In this document: in pieces, positions 17,940-27,343 of the stretch
Numbering within the stretch: the stretch's first letter is position 1
Layout: every line of letters begins with the position of its first letter
Assembly (NCBI GenBank): GCA_041650515.1
Contig: JBAZLA010000002.1
Coordinates: 39,572-103,571, forward strand
From: Patescibacteria group bacterium
Lineage (GTDB): Bacteria > Patescibacteriota > Patescibacteriia > JACRDY01
Length of the DNA stretch: 64,000 nucleotides
Reading direction: 5' to 3'
Notes under the pieces: model-generated
Told to the model about the DNA's origin: nothing
The model's input: the letters and a program-made list of their open reading frames with translations, nothing else
Databases searched by the model: none
Position numbers and translations under genes: made by a program

Positions 17940-17993
17940 TGTCATCCCGAGTGAAGCCCCGATGTAATCATCGGGGCTTCACTCGGGATGACA
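17940..17993. repeat. Perfect ~24-25-bp inverted repeat (TGTCATCCCGAGTGAAGCCCCGATG / taatc / ATCGGGGCTTCACTCGGGATGACA). REP-like element or bidirectional terminator.
   Basis: Direct reading. A related TGTCATCGCGAG element lies at 21940..22033. Confidence 0.7.
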
Positions 17994-18058
17994 GTGGGAT
18001 AAAAGCGACCCTGTGGAGTTTACCATAAACAATTTGATAAACTCTCTAACTTTCAACT

Positions 18059-18859
18059 TTATAACAACTTTAGTATCTCTTGGTGCAATTTGGTGCCATT
18101 GCTCGCTACAAACTGCGGGGCTAGATCACTAGTAGCGCGACTATTAAAATCAGTAATTTTACCTCCAGCTTCGCGGACCATCAATTTACCACCCAGATAA
18201 TCATAAATCTCGTTACCTCGGTTGATCACTACTTCTAGTTTACCAGCTGCTAAGAGAGAAAAATCAATCGCCGGCGACCAATTATTGACTACTCGTTTAG
18301 TCTGCTTCTGACCAGACTTAACTAAAAAACCAGCTAAATTTTTGTTCCAATCACCATAACTACCAACATAGGCAACCGTTGAACGTTTGATATCCGTTTG
18401 TTTATTAACCCTCAACCGACGATTACCTGAATAAGCACCGCCACCCTCGACTGCCCAATAAACCTGACCGGACATTGGCAAATAAGTTACCGATCTAATC
18501 ACCTCTTTATTCTGGAGTAAAGAAATAGCCACTGAGAAATTAGTTAGGCCTAAAATAAAATTATTTGAACCATCAAGCGGATCAATAACCAGGGTATACT
18601 CTGAGCCTTTATTAATTATCCCCCGCTCTTCACTGTGTAAATTATAGCTAGGAAAGCTCTGACTTAAATATTTTAGGATTTTAGCTTCTGACTCTAAATC
18701 AGCCTTCGATACAAAATCAGCAATAGTGGTCTTCTCTTTTAGCTTTAAATCCTGCCCAAAATACTTTTTGAGCATTTCGCCACCAGCCTTGGCCGCCTGA
18801 ACAATTTTTTTACTCATTAGATCCATAATGACGTTATTATAAAATAGTATCGTTTCCAA
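18059..18859 (-). CDS. Inositol monophosphatase family protein (SuhB/CysQ-like)
   Basis: VIDPLDGSNNF metal-binding motif. The true start may be the internal MDLMSKK. Confidence 0.75.
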   Translation of the reverse strand: METILFYNNVIMDLMSKKIVQAAKAGGEMLKKYFGQDLKLKEKTTIADFVSKADLESEAKILKYLSQSFPSYNLHSEERGIINKGSEYTLVIDPLDGSNNFILGLTNFSVAISLLQNKEVIRSVTYLPMSGQVYWAVEGGGAYSGNRRLRVNKQTDIKRSTVAYVGSYGDWNKNLAGFLVKSGQKQTKRVVNNWSPAIDFSLLAAGKLEVVINRGNEIYDYLGGKLMVREAGGKITDFNSRATSDLAPQFVASNGTKLHQEILKLL

Positions 18860-18984
18860 GGCAACCTTTGCCCTCGACTTTATAACTTTTTACTTTGTAA
18901 CTTTTAACTTTTCTCTTTTGACTTTATCTCCCCTTTTGCTAAAATGGAATAACTATCTAAACTTTTAAAACTATCAACTATTTT

Positions 18985-19479
18985 ATGACCGAGGAACAAA
19001 AGTACATCCGACCGAGTTGGGATGAATATTTTATGGGCATAGCCAAGGCCGCCGCCAGCCGAGCTACTTGCGATCGTGGTCGTTCAGGTTGCTGTATCGC
19101 TCGCGACAAACGCATCTTAGTCACCGGTTATGTTGGTTCGCCAATGAATTGCCCACACTGTGATGAGGTCGGCCACGAGCTGCATACTGTTCGCCATCTT
19201 GATGGCCATGAAACCCAGCACTGTATTCGCACCACTCACGCTGAACAAAACGCCATCTGCCAAGCCGCTCTCCTCGGCGTTTCACTCAATGGTGCCACTA
19301 TCTATTGCAAAATGACTCCCTGCTATGTTTGCGCCAAGATGATTATTAATTGCGGCATCAAACGAGTCGTCTGTGAGTTTGACTATCATGATGGTGAAAG
19401 AAGCAAAGAAATTTTTTCTCAAGCCGGAGTAGAATACTGTCTCCTTAATAACCAAACCGTCCAATACGAAAACATGTAA
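18985..19479 (+). CDS. dCMP deaminase (ComEB/Dcd-like zinc deaminase)
   Basis: HAEQNAI and PCYVCAKMII zinc-ligand motifs (HxE ... PCxxC). Confidence 0.85.
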   Translation: MTEEQKYIRPSWDEYFMGIAKAAASRATCDRGRSGCCIARDKRILVTGYVGSPMNCPHCDEVGHELHTVRHLDGHETQHCIRTTHAEQNAICQAALLGVSLNGATIYCKMTPCYVCAKMIINCGIKRVVCEFDYHDGERSKEIFSQAGVEYCLLNNQTVQYENM

Positions 19480-19482
19480 TTT

Positions 19483-20037
19483 ATGCCAACTAAGATCATT
19501 TTGGGCTTTGCCGGACTGCTTTGTAGCGGTAAGGGCACGGCCGCGGAATACTTTAAAATTAACCATGGCGCGACCACTTACCGCTTTTCGACCATTCTCC
19601 GCGATTTACTCCATCGAGTCTACCTAGAAGAGAGTCGAGACAATATGATTCGCATTTCCGAATGTGTCCGTCATGAATTTGGTGAAGATATCTTATCAAA
19701 AGCCATTGCTGGCGATGCCGCTAAAGACACTAACAATCTAGTGATTGTTGAAGGAATCCGCCGCATGACCGATATTGAACATCTAGCCAAGTTGCCTAAT
19801 TTTATTTTAATCGAAATTTTTGCTGACCCACAGAAGCGCTACCAACGGCTAGTCCAACGCGGTGAAAACAGCGACGACAAAACTAAAACCTATGCCCAAT
19901 TTTTGGCCGATCACCAACGTTCTACCGAACTAAGTATTTTAGATGTTATTAAACATGTGCAGGAACGAATTGATAATAATGGTGATAAAGATAAACTCCA
20001 TAAACAGTTAGACCAGTTACTAACTAAGTATCAATGA
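19483..20037 (+). CDS. P-loop nucleotide kinase, putative dNMP kinase
   Basis: G-loop GLLCSGKGT resembles the phage T4 dNMP-kinase-type GVKRSGKDT. It is embedded in the dTTP cluster. Confidence 0.55.
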   Translation: MPTKIILGFAGLLCSGKGTAAEYFKINHGATTYRFSTILRDLLHRVYLEESRDNMIRISECVRHEFGEDILSKAIAGDAAKDTNNLVIVEGIRRMTDIEHLAKLPNFILIEIFADPQKRYQRLVQRGENSDDKTKTYAQFLADHQRSTELSILDVIKHVQERIDNNGDKDKLHKQLDQLLTKYQ

Positions 20038-20456
20038 AAATTCTAATTAAAAAACTCCGTCCCGAGGCAATTATCCCTAGCTACGCTCACCCCGGTGACA
20101 GTGGGCTTGACCTTTATTCTCTGGATGAATACGAGTTACAGCCAGGCGAACGACGATTATTTTTCTTGGGTTTTGCCCTAGAATTCCCGGCTGGCTACGT
20201 GGCCACGGTCAAAGATAAGAGCAGCTTGCCCAAAAACGCTGGCCTCCACACCATGGGCGGGGTCTTTGATTGTGGTTTTCGCGGCGAATATAATGTGATG
20301 CTAATAAATCTAGGCGACCAGCCATATAAAATTTTAACCGGCGACAAAATCGCCCAATTAGTTATTTTGCCAGTCGCCCAAGCCGAGCTAGAAGAAACCA
20401 CGGAATTAAACGATAGTAGCCGCGGCCTGGGTCAATTTGGCTCCACCGGTCGCTAA
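20034..20456 (+). CDS. dut: dUTP diphosphatase
   Basis: GDSGLDLY and RGLGQFGSTG motifs. Confidence 0.9.
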   Translation: MKILIKKLRPEAIIPSYAHPGDSGLDLYSLDEYELQPGERRLFFLGFALEFPAGYVATVKDKSSLPKNAGLHTMGGVFDCGFRGEYNVMLINLGDQPYKILTGDKIAQLVILPVAQAELEETTELNDSSRGLGQFGSTGR

Positions 20457-20460
20457 ACGT

Positions 20461-21333
20461 ATGAAACAATATTTAGACATCGTCAAAACCATTCTGGAAA
20501 AGGGCGAAAAAAAGGAAGACCGCACCGGCACCGGCACCTTGGTCGTACCTGGGATAATTTTTCAGCATGATATGGCTACCGGCTTTCCTCTACTCACCAC
20601 CAAAAAAGTGCCTTATCGGCTAGTCGCTAGTGAGTTGGAATTTTTTATCAAAGGAATAGCGGATAAAAAATGGCTCCAGGAAAGGAACAATCATATTTGG
20701 GATGAATGGTGTACACCACTTAAAGTAACTTATAGACATGATGAAGAAACTAAGAAAAAAATGTTCGAGGAAAGAGACTTAGGAGCAATTTACGGCTGGG
20801 AATGGCGTCATTTTGGAGCTGAGTATAAAAGTTATGACACCGACTATACCGGCCAAGGTGTTGATCAATTAAAAAGATTAGTCAACGATATTAAGACCAC
20901 ACCAGAAAGCCGACAATTACTAGTTTTGGCCTGGAACCCAGTTGATCGCGACAAGGTCGTCCCCCCTTATTGCCATTTTGGTTTTCAAGTAACAATAGTG
21001 AATAAAAGACTTAACCTCTTTTGGTTTCAGAGATCAATTGATGTTGCTCTGGGGCTACCATTTAATATCGCTAGCTACGCGACGATGCTCCATCTGTTAG
21101 CCAAAGAGACCGGCTATCAAGAAGGTATACTAACCGGCATGCTAACCGACACTCATATTTATCTTAATCATATTAATAACCTAAAAGAACAATTAACTCG
21201 CGACCCCAATAAATATCCCCTGCCCCGACTAGAAACCAAAAACTTTACTTCAATTTTTGATTGGCAATATACTGATACCGAAGTGATCGGCTATGAAAGT
21301 TACCCAACTATTAAATTTGATATCGCCGTTTAA
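20461..21333 (+). CDS. thyA: Thymidylate synthase ThyA
   Basis: MKQYLDIV start, LVLAWNPVD..PPCH, and DVALGLPFNIASYA. The upstream extension to 20437 was rejected because it overlaps dut. Confidence 0.9.
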   Translation: MKQYLDIVKTILEKGEKKEDRTGTGTLVVPGIIFQHDMATGFPLLTTKKVPYRLVASELEFFIKGIADKKWLQERNNHIWDEWCTPLKVTYRHDEETKKKMFEERDLGAIYGWEWRHFGAEYKSYDTDYTGQGVDQLKRLVNDIKTTPESRQLLVLAWNPVDRDKVVPPYCHFGFQVTIVNKRLNLFWFQRSIDVALGLPFNIASYATMLHLLAKETGYQEGILTGMLTDTHIYLNHINNLKEQLTRDPNKYPLPRLETKNFTSIFDWQYTDTEVIGYESYPTIKFDIAV

Positions 21334-21414
21334 TTAAGTAGCTAGGACGATGGGAGGCTAGGACAATAGGTAAATACCTAACCTCATATCTTCCTATCGT
21401 CCTATCCTCCTAAT

Positions 21415-21930
21415 ATGAAGTTAACCCTAATGATGGCCATGACCCTTGACGGGATCATTGCCAAAGACAAAAATCAAAACGCCGACTGGACCAGCCCGGC
21501 CGATAAAAAAATTTTTGTAGCCCAGACTAAAAAAACTGGCGCCATTATTATGGGCGACACGACTTATTTTTTGATTGGTAAACCTCTACCCGGCCGGTTC
21601 AACCTAGTCTTATCTTTTACCCCAGAAAAATATAAAAAGCAGGAAATCCCCGGCACCTTAGAATTTTTTAAAGGTACGCCAGCCGAGGTTTTAAAATACG
21701 TAGAAAATAAAGGTTTTCAATCCGCTATCTTGGGCGGTGGCGCTGGCACCAATAGCGCTTTCTTAGCTGCTGGTTTAGTGAATGAGATAATGATCACGGT
21801 TGAACCTAAAATTTTTGGCCGCGGCCTCAATTTTACCGAAGGCCAAGATTTGGATCTAAATTTGGAATTGATTGAAGCTAAACCAATCGGCGACAATGCG
21901 GTGCAGCTGAGATACAAAGTGATTAAATAA
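21415..21930 (+). CDS. Dihydrofolate reductase family protein (RibD_C-like DHFR)
   Basis: 171 aa. MTLDGIIAKD...IMGDTTY and GGGAGTNSAFL match the DHFR/RibD C-terminal fold. Confidence 0.7.
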   Translation: MKLTLMMAMTLDGIIAKDKNQNADWTSPADKKIFVAQTKKTGAIIMGDTTYFLIGKPLPGRFNLVLSFTPEKYKKQEIPGTLEFFKGTPAEVLKYVENKGFQSAILGGGAGTNSAFLAAGLVNEIMITVEPKIFGRGLNFTEGQDLDLNLELIEAKPIGDNAVQLRYKVIK

Positions 21931-21939
21931 TTTCTCTCC

Positions 21940-22033
21940 TGTCATCGCGAGCCCGCCGGGCGAAGCAATCTCCTGGATAATTCACCGGATTGCTTCGTTG
22001 CTCCGCCAGTTGGCGGAGCTCCTCGCAATGACG
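21940..22033. repeat. Nested palindromic element (TGTCATCGCGAG ... CGAAGCAATC / GATTGCTTCG ... CTCGCAATGACG), REP-like, between the DHFR gene and tmk
   Basis: Direct reading of the sequence. Confidence 0.55.
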
Positions 22034-22044
22034 TAGATAAAAAT

Positions 22045-22758
22045 ATGCCCAAAGGTAAATTTATCATCGTCGACGGTATTGATGGCTCTGGCAAGGGCCA
22101 GATTGTTGATTTTTTTAAAAAGTTTGCCAAACGAGAAGGCAAAAAAATATTTGATTTACGTCTTTTTTGGCAGCAATATCACCGCTTCCCCGAGCTTAAA
22201 GAAATCAGTAAATATCAAATTATCCTCAGTGCCGAGCCAACCTTTGCTCTGGTTGGTCGAGCGATTAGGCAAGAAATCGCCCGGGATAATAATGAACATT
22301 ATTCCGCCCTGTCCACGGCTCAAGCTTATTCCTTGGATCGGGAAATTTTGTACAAAAAATTAATCCTACCCGCTCTAGCTAAAGGTATCTCGGTTTTTCA
22401 AGAACGCTCATTTACCACTTCCCTAATCTATCAGCCAGTCCAAGCCGAACCACTCTCGATCAAAAAAATTCTAGGGCTCGCTGGCAACAAGCTCGCCTTA
22501 CAAAATAGCCCCGACCTCTTAATTATAACCCTGCTCAACCCCAAAATCGCCTTGGCGCGCTTGGGCCAACGCCAGAAAAAAGATAAAGCGATTTTTGAAA
22601 AACTAAAAATTCTCCAAAAACTCGACCAACGTTTCCGTTCCCGCTGGTTTAGAAATATTTTTCATGCCCAAAAAACCAAAATTATTTACCTCGATACCAA
22701 TAAAAGCCTCAAAGAGACCCAAAAAGAAGCCCAAACGATTTGGGACAGCTTAAGATAA
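22045..22758 (+). CDS. tmk: Thymidylate kinase
   Basis: FIIVDGIDGSGKG P-loop, characteristic of Tmk. Confidence 0.85.
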   Translation: MPKGKFIIVDGIDGSGKGQIVDFFKKFAKREGKKIFDLRLFWQQYHRFPELKEISKYQIILSAEPTFALVGRAIRQEIARDNNEHYSALSTAQAYSLDREILYKKLILPALAKGISVFQERSFTTSLIYQPVQAEPLSIKKILGLAGNKLALQNSPDLLIITLLNPKIALARLGQRQKKDKAIFEKLKILQKLDQRFRSRWFRNIFHAQKTKIIYLDTNKSLKETQKEAQTIWDSLR

Positions 22759-22825
22759 AAAAAGATAATTTTTGATCAGCTAAAAAAAGCCTAACCACCG
22801 GCTCTAATTATTATCTAGTTTAATT

Positions 22826-25800
22826 CTAGATCCCTAAATTACTTCTTAATTGTTGGTTACCCTCAATCAGCGGCCACAATTTGGCCATCCCTGGATACTC
22901 TGATAAAACCTGACCAACAGGACGACCATCACTCTGGCCCTTGCCAATAGCTTCGGCATACGCCCGAGCCAAATAATTACTTAAAGCGTCAAAATGACCA
23001 CCAGCTGAAGCCAAGGACTTAAGTAACAATCGAAACTGCGGATGAGTATCGGCTTTTTTAGCTAAAACTTCTTTGAGTAATTCTTTAAAAAAATCACCAA
23101 TGGCAGAATTCTGCTGATCTAATTTCCCGACCAGCTGCGCCCAACTATCAGGGCTAGCGCCGTCTAGCTTAACATACTGGCTGATGATCTGACCAAGTCT
23201 GACAGTATCACCACCACCCAACTTCATAAATAATAAATTTTGTAAAAACTCTTTAAAGTTGCCACGATGATCAACGACCTCACCTTGCTGATTTTTTTCA
23301 ATACTCCGACCAAAGCTGCCGAGATCAATCAAACCGGCCTTGCGTTCTTTGGGATTTAGATCAATCATTATATTACCAGCGTGTAGATCGGCGTGAAAAA
23401 CGCCGTCACCAATTATTTGTTCAATCAAATCTAAAGCGATCTGGGCGCGAAAACCCTCTGTTGAGAGCGAATTAAAATCATCACGAACAAAAGGAGCATA
23501 CTCATGATAAACCCTTTCCAGCCGGCGTTCTATCTTTTCTTTTTCGGATCGTTCTTTATCAGTCAGTTTAGTCTGGCGACGATATTGCTGATAATTTTCA
23601 ACATCCTGCAAACTCAAGCCGGGGAAAAATTCATCAACCATTAGCTGCAAATTTTCGATTCGACTCTCGCCCTTACGCAGAAGATAGACTAAATCGGGCA
23701 CATCTAAGCGCACTGCCTCAGACGGCGAGCCCTCTCGATCCAGAGCAACCATGGCCTTTCTTTTATAAAGATTTTGATCTAAATCTTTTTGAGCACCACC
23801 TTCTTGAGCGAAATCAAACTCTGATTTGCAAGCATTAACAATTTCACCAATCAGATATTCGGGGATGTCTTTACCTTGCTGTCGAAGGGCGGCAAAAACT
23901 TTTTCCAAAACGCGGATATCTTCCTCATAATTTTTATCGATCGTTGGCCGAGGAACTTTAACCACTACCGCCTTTTTCTCAGTTGTCCAAGCTAAATGAG
24001 CCTGCTTAATCGAGGCACTGCCTAAACACTCGCCAACGGCCGCGATCTGAAACGGCGCCGAGCCCGCTTCACCTTCTAACAAACCAGCGGCTCGCAGATA
24101 GGCAAAAACCCCAAATTTAGAGAACGGATTAGCTTTATCTTTTAAAGAAGATAATTCGCTCTTAATGCTGTCGCTTACCATCTCTTTCTGTTCGGAGATA
24201 ACCTGGCCAGCTTTGACGCCCACTACACCAACCTGCTCTAAAAAAATTCTGATAGCCATCGGCGCGGTCAATTTTTTATCTTTACTAAATCGGAGCTCGC
24301 GCATTTTTTCTACTAAGGCCAAAAATAATTCAACCCGTCGGGGAGCAGTGTAATTTTTAAAAACTTCGAAAAAAATAGTTCTTAGCACCGGCTCCATATC
24401 TTGACCATCGACATCTTCAGCAATAACTGACTTAAAATTATGTTCATAAAAATTAGCTAAAAATTCCTTAAATTGATCAATGCCAGCTCGATTATCATGG
24501 CGCAAGCCGTCCCATTCGTCAGCTGGTGGCACTTGAAATAAACCTTCTTTGCCAAGCATCGCGTTATAAACAACCGCTTTTCTCTCAACTCGGCTCATCA
24601 GCCAAAACAGTTCGCGCTCCTCATCAGCATTGAGATTAAACTCCCGCCCTTCTAGGTAACGGTCATCTGGTATCTCTCCGCCAAAAATCCAGTTCATCAC
24701 TTTAAGCCGGCTATCTCGATTAGAAAAAAGGGCCAGATAATTTTTGACTGCTTCGGCCGGAGAAAAAATTGTTTTAGCATCTTTAGCCTTTTGCTTCTCG
24801 GGTTGACGAACTAAATATAAATAGGTCTCCTCCTCCACCCGGCGGACCTGATCTGAAGTCATCGCATAGTCCAAAGCGAACCGCTCTAAAAGCTCATCGC
24901 GATTATAACTAGCCGGAGTAAATCTTTTTAGAATATAACCTAAAACAAATTCGAACGCCTTATTACGTGCTTCTCTTTCCTCAGCGGCTGTCGCCTGACG
25001 GCCTCGGGGCAAGCAATCGCGATAGTGACCCTCATAATCAGCTCGAATTTTCTCGTCTTCCAATTCGATACAGATTCTTTCATAAATTTCGGCTGGGCCA
25101 GGCGCCATCTTCTGAGAAAAACCTCTAGTCAAAGTGGCGAGCTCATTTTTTTCTTCAAAGCTGAAAAGATCAATATTAGTGGCTAAACCCTGGACGCGGA
25201 AAACTGAATAAGTATGAAAATAAGCATCTTTTAAAATCCCTTCATCCTTACCACCAGCAAGATGATCAGCCAAATCAACGTCTGTTATTTCTAATTTAAT
25301 CCCTCGTTTGGTTAGCTCGCCTCTAAGTTTAGGATCACTAGTGAGTTTATGCCAAAGCTGGAGATTGAGAATATTCTCTAGATAAAAATCTTTCAACAAA
25401 CAACTCTCCGGTAAATATTTACTAATCCACTCATGGACCTTTTCTAGGTCAACAGCGATATCCTCTTGTTTATCAATTTTATCTTTAATCATTGCCAGCT
25501 CCCGATTGGCAATCTCAGTTACCAAATGAGTAGAGTAAGACTTCTCGGTAAAAGCCTCCTTTTTATCCTCGCGACGAACAGCATCAGAGAATAAATAAAG
25601 ATGGCGCAAGGGTGGAAATTGTTGCTGCTGCCAAGACTCTCGGGCAGTCTGTTTGCGCTCCTGGTGAGCTTCTTGAAGACGATAATCATAATTAGTCTCC
25701 TTAAAACTTACATAACGAGGAGTCCTTTTAGCCGCTTCCATTTCTTCTTTAGAGACTTTAGCTAAATCTTCGTCACTAATTTCTTGATTGGTGGTAAACT

Positions 25801-27337
25801 TCAAATACGCCTTATAAACTAACCGCTCTTCATTCTGTGTTCCGTCGGCATAATGATCACGAACATAACGGTTGACAATATCAGCAGACCGATTAGCCTG
25901 AGCGCCGTCAGGGATTTCGCGCCGCATCAAATCTAAATGTTTAGCTGCCACTTCGCTAGATTGGACCGGCTCCTTTTGCCAACAATGATAAAGTAAAAAA
26001 TCGCGAAATGGCCCAGCGGTAAATTCTTGGGCTTTTTGAAATAAATCTGACCGCTCGAAAGTCTTAACTAATAATTCTTTAAATTTTTTAACTTTTTGCC
26101 ACTCAACTTTTCTAATACCAAGCATAAACACATCTTCCAGTTCAGAATCAGCTGGCACTTTGTTACCAGCCTCAATGTACTCAACCAAGGCCGCTCGAGC
26201 GATCGCTGCATGCTGCTCTGGCAAAGGCAAAGAATCCATCTTCTTATCCCAAGCATAAAACGGGGCTAATTTTTCACCTATCATTTTAAGGGTATCGGCA
26301 AACTCTGGATGATCAATATAGTCTTGAACATTAGCGACAGTAAAAAAGTCATGGCTACTATAATTACTATCATATGGTAATTTAATAAATTGATCTTGGA
26401 GTAATCCCTCTTCTTCTTCTAACTTTTTTAACAAAAATGTCCAAGATAACCGATTCCGCTCACCCAAAGACACCCGTTTTAAAATTTGGCTCAACCCCTT
26501 AAACTCAGCAAAAATTGCCTGATCTTCGCCGGCTGGCCATAAATGATTATCCTCTTCCCATTCTAGAACGCTCAGTTTACCCCCGATCGCTCGATAGAGC
26601 TCCGAATTATTCTCCCGCCAAGCTGGGGCATATTTTTTCTCAGCGGCCTTAAAAAGCGCAATCATCTTCGCTACATCAGGCGCTGGCTCCTTCTCCGAGT
26701 CAACGAAGGCCGGATACTCCGACTCAAAATAACTCTGCGGCGGCAAACTGCCCAGAGCTAGGTGCATAGCCATTTTTTGAACCACTAAATCCTCGGCTGG
26801 CGGCTGGGCATAATTTTTTTTATCTTCTAGATTCTCTTTCGGCGCCAAAGTAATCCCTAGCTTCTTAGCTGATCGCAGTTCTTTGTCACTGACTGCTTGG
26901 CCTAGCCTAGCCGAAAAATAACCAAAACCAGACGGTAACTCTTTAATTAAATAAAAAAACGAATCTTGCTGGGCAACAGTCGGATTCTGATCAATAAAAG
27001 TCTGTAAATCCCTCAAAACCCTCTCTCTGCCTAGGGCATCAGTGGCTGCCAAGCCACTCCGAATTTTTTCTACTTCGGGCGACGGTGGCAGGTGAGCCAG
27101 GGCAAAATCTAAGCGGCGCATTAATTGGCCACCAAACTTTTGAAAAGTAGATTCGTTGTTAATATGCCTCTCCTCAAGGCAGCTACCAGGTTCAACATAG
27201 GGTAAAGCTACTTCAACACCACCAGCATCATGAAAATAACCTTGAAAATTAGGCTGGACCTCAGATGAAGTAGCCGCTTGTCTCAGGCGAGCAAAGACAA
27301 TTTCATCTCGGATGGATTGTTCTGTCGTTCTAGACAT
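22826..27337 (-). CDS. Giant protein (1503 aa) with a C-terminal UbiB/ABC1 (ADCK)-type atypical protein-kinase-like domain. The N-terminal ~1000 aa have no recognisable domain.
   Basis: LGSASIKQAHLA..KAVVVKVPRP (ABC1 N-lobe), FHADLHAGNIMID (HADxHPGN catalytic loop) and GLIDLGSFG (DFG-like). No TM segments. Confidence 0.8.
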   Translation of the reverse strand: MSRTTEQSIRDEIVFARLRQAATSSEVQPNFQGYFHDAGGVEVALPYVEPGSCLEERHINNESTFQKFGGQLMRRLDFALAHLPPSPEVEKIRSGLAATDALGRERVLRDLQTFIDQNPTVAQQDSFFYLIKELPSGFGYFSARLGQAVSDKELRSAKKLGITLAPKENLEDKKNYAQPPAEDLVVQKMAMHLALGSLPPQSYFESEYPAFVDSEKEPAPDVAKMIALFKAAEKKYAPAWRENNSELYRAIGGKLSVLEWEEDNHLWPAGEDQAIFAEFKGLSQILKRVSLGERNRLSWTFLLKKLEEEEGLLQDQFIKLPYDSNYSSHDFFTVANVQDYIDHPEFADTLKMIGEKLAPFYAWDKKMDSLPLPEQHAAIARAALVEYIEAGNKVPADSELEDVFMLGIRKVEWQKVKKFKELLVKTFERSDLFQKAQEFTAGPFRDFLLYHCWQKEPVQSSEVAAKHLDLMRREIPDGAQANRSADIVNRYVRDHYADGTQNEERLVYKAYLKFTTNQEISDEDLAKVSKEEMEAAKRTPRYVSFKETNYDYRLQEAHQERKQTARESWQQQQFPPLRHLYLFSDAVRREDKKEAFTEKSYSTHLVTEIANRELAMIKDKIDKQEDIAVDLEKVHEWISKYLPESCLLKDFYLENILNLQLWHKLTSDPKLRGELTKRGIKLEITDVDLADHLAGGKDEGILKDAYFHTYSVFRVQGLATNIDLFSFEEKNELATLTRGFSQKMAPGPAEIYERICIELEDEKIRADYEGHYRDCLPRGRQATAAEEREARNKAFEFVLGYILKRFTPASYNRDELLERFALDYAMTSDQVRRVEEETYLYLVRQPEKQKAKDAKTIFSPAEAVKNYLALFSNRDSRLKVMNWIFGGEIPDDRYLEGREFNLNADEERELFWLMSRVERKAVVYNAMLGKEGLFQVPPADEWDGLRHDNRAGIDQFKEFLANFYEHNFKSVIAEDVDGQDMEPVLRTIFFEVFKNYTAPRRVELFLALVEKMRELRFSKDKKLTAPMAIRIFLEQVGVVGVKAGQVISEQKEMVSDSIKSELSSLKDKANPFSKFGVFAYLRAAGLLEGEAGSAPFQIAAVGECLGSASIKQAHLAWTTEKKAVVVKVPRPTIDKNYEEDIRVLEKVFAALRQQGKDIPEYLIGEIVNACKSEFDFAQEGGAQKDLDQNLYKRKAMVALDREGSPSEAVRLDVPDLVYLLRKGESRIENLQLMVDEFFPGLSLQDVENYQQYRRQTKLTDKERSEKEKIERRLERVYHEYAPFVRDDFNSLSTEGFRAQIALDLIEQIIGDGVFHADLHAGNIMIDLNPKERKAGLIDLGSFGRSIEKNQQGEVVDHRGNFKEFLQNLLFMKLGGGDTVRLGQIISQYVKLDGASPDSWAQLVGKLDQQNSAIGDFFKELLKEVLAKKADTHPQFRLLLKSLASAGGHFDALSNYLARAYAEAIGKGQSDGRPVGQVLSEYPGMAKLWPLIEGNQQLRSNLGI

Positions 27338-27343
27338 AAAAAA

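Noticed and set aside
20437-20460. thyA start at 20437 overlapping dut by 20 nt
   Set aside because: ThyA orthologues begin MKQYLD, so the ATG at 20461 is preferred.
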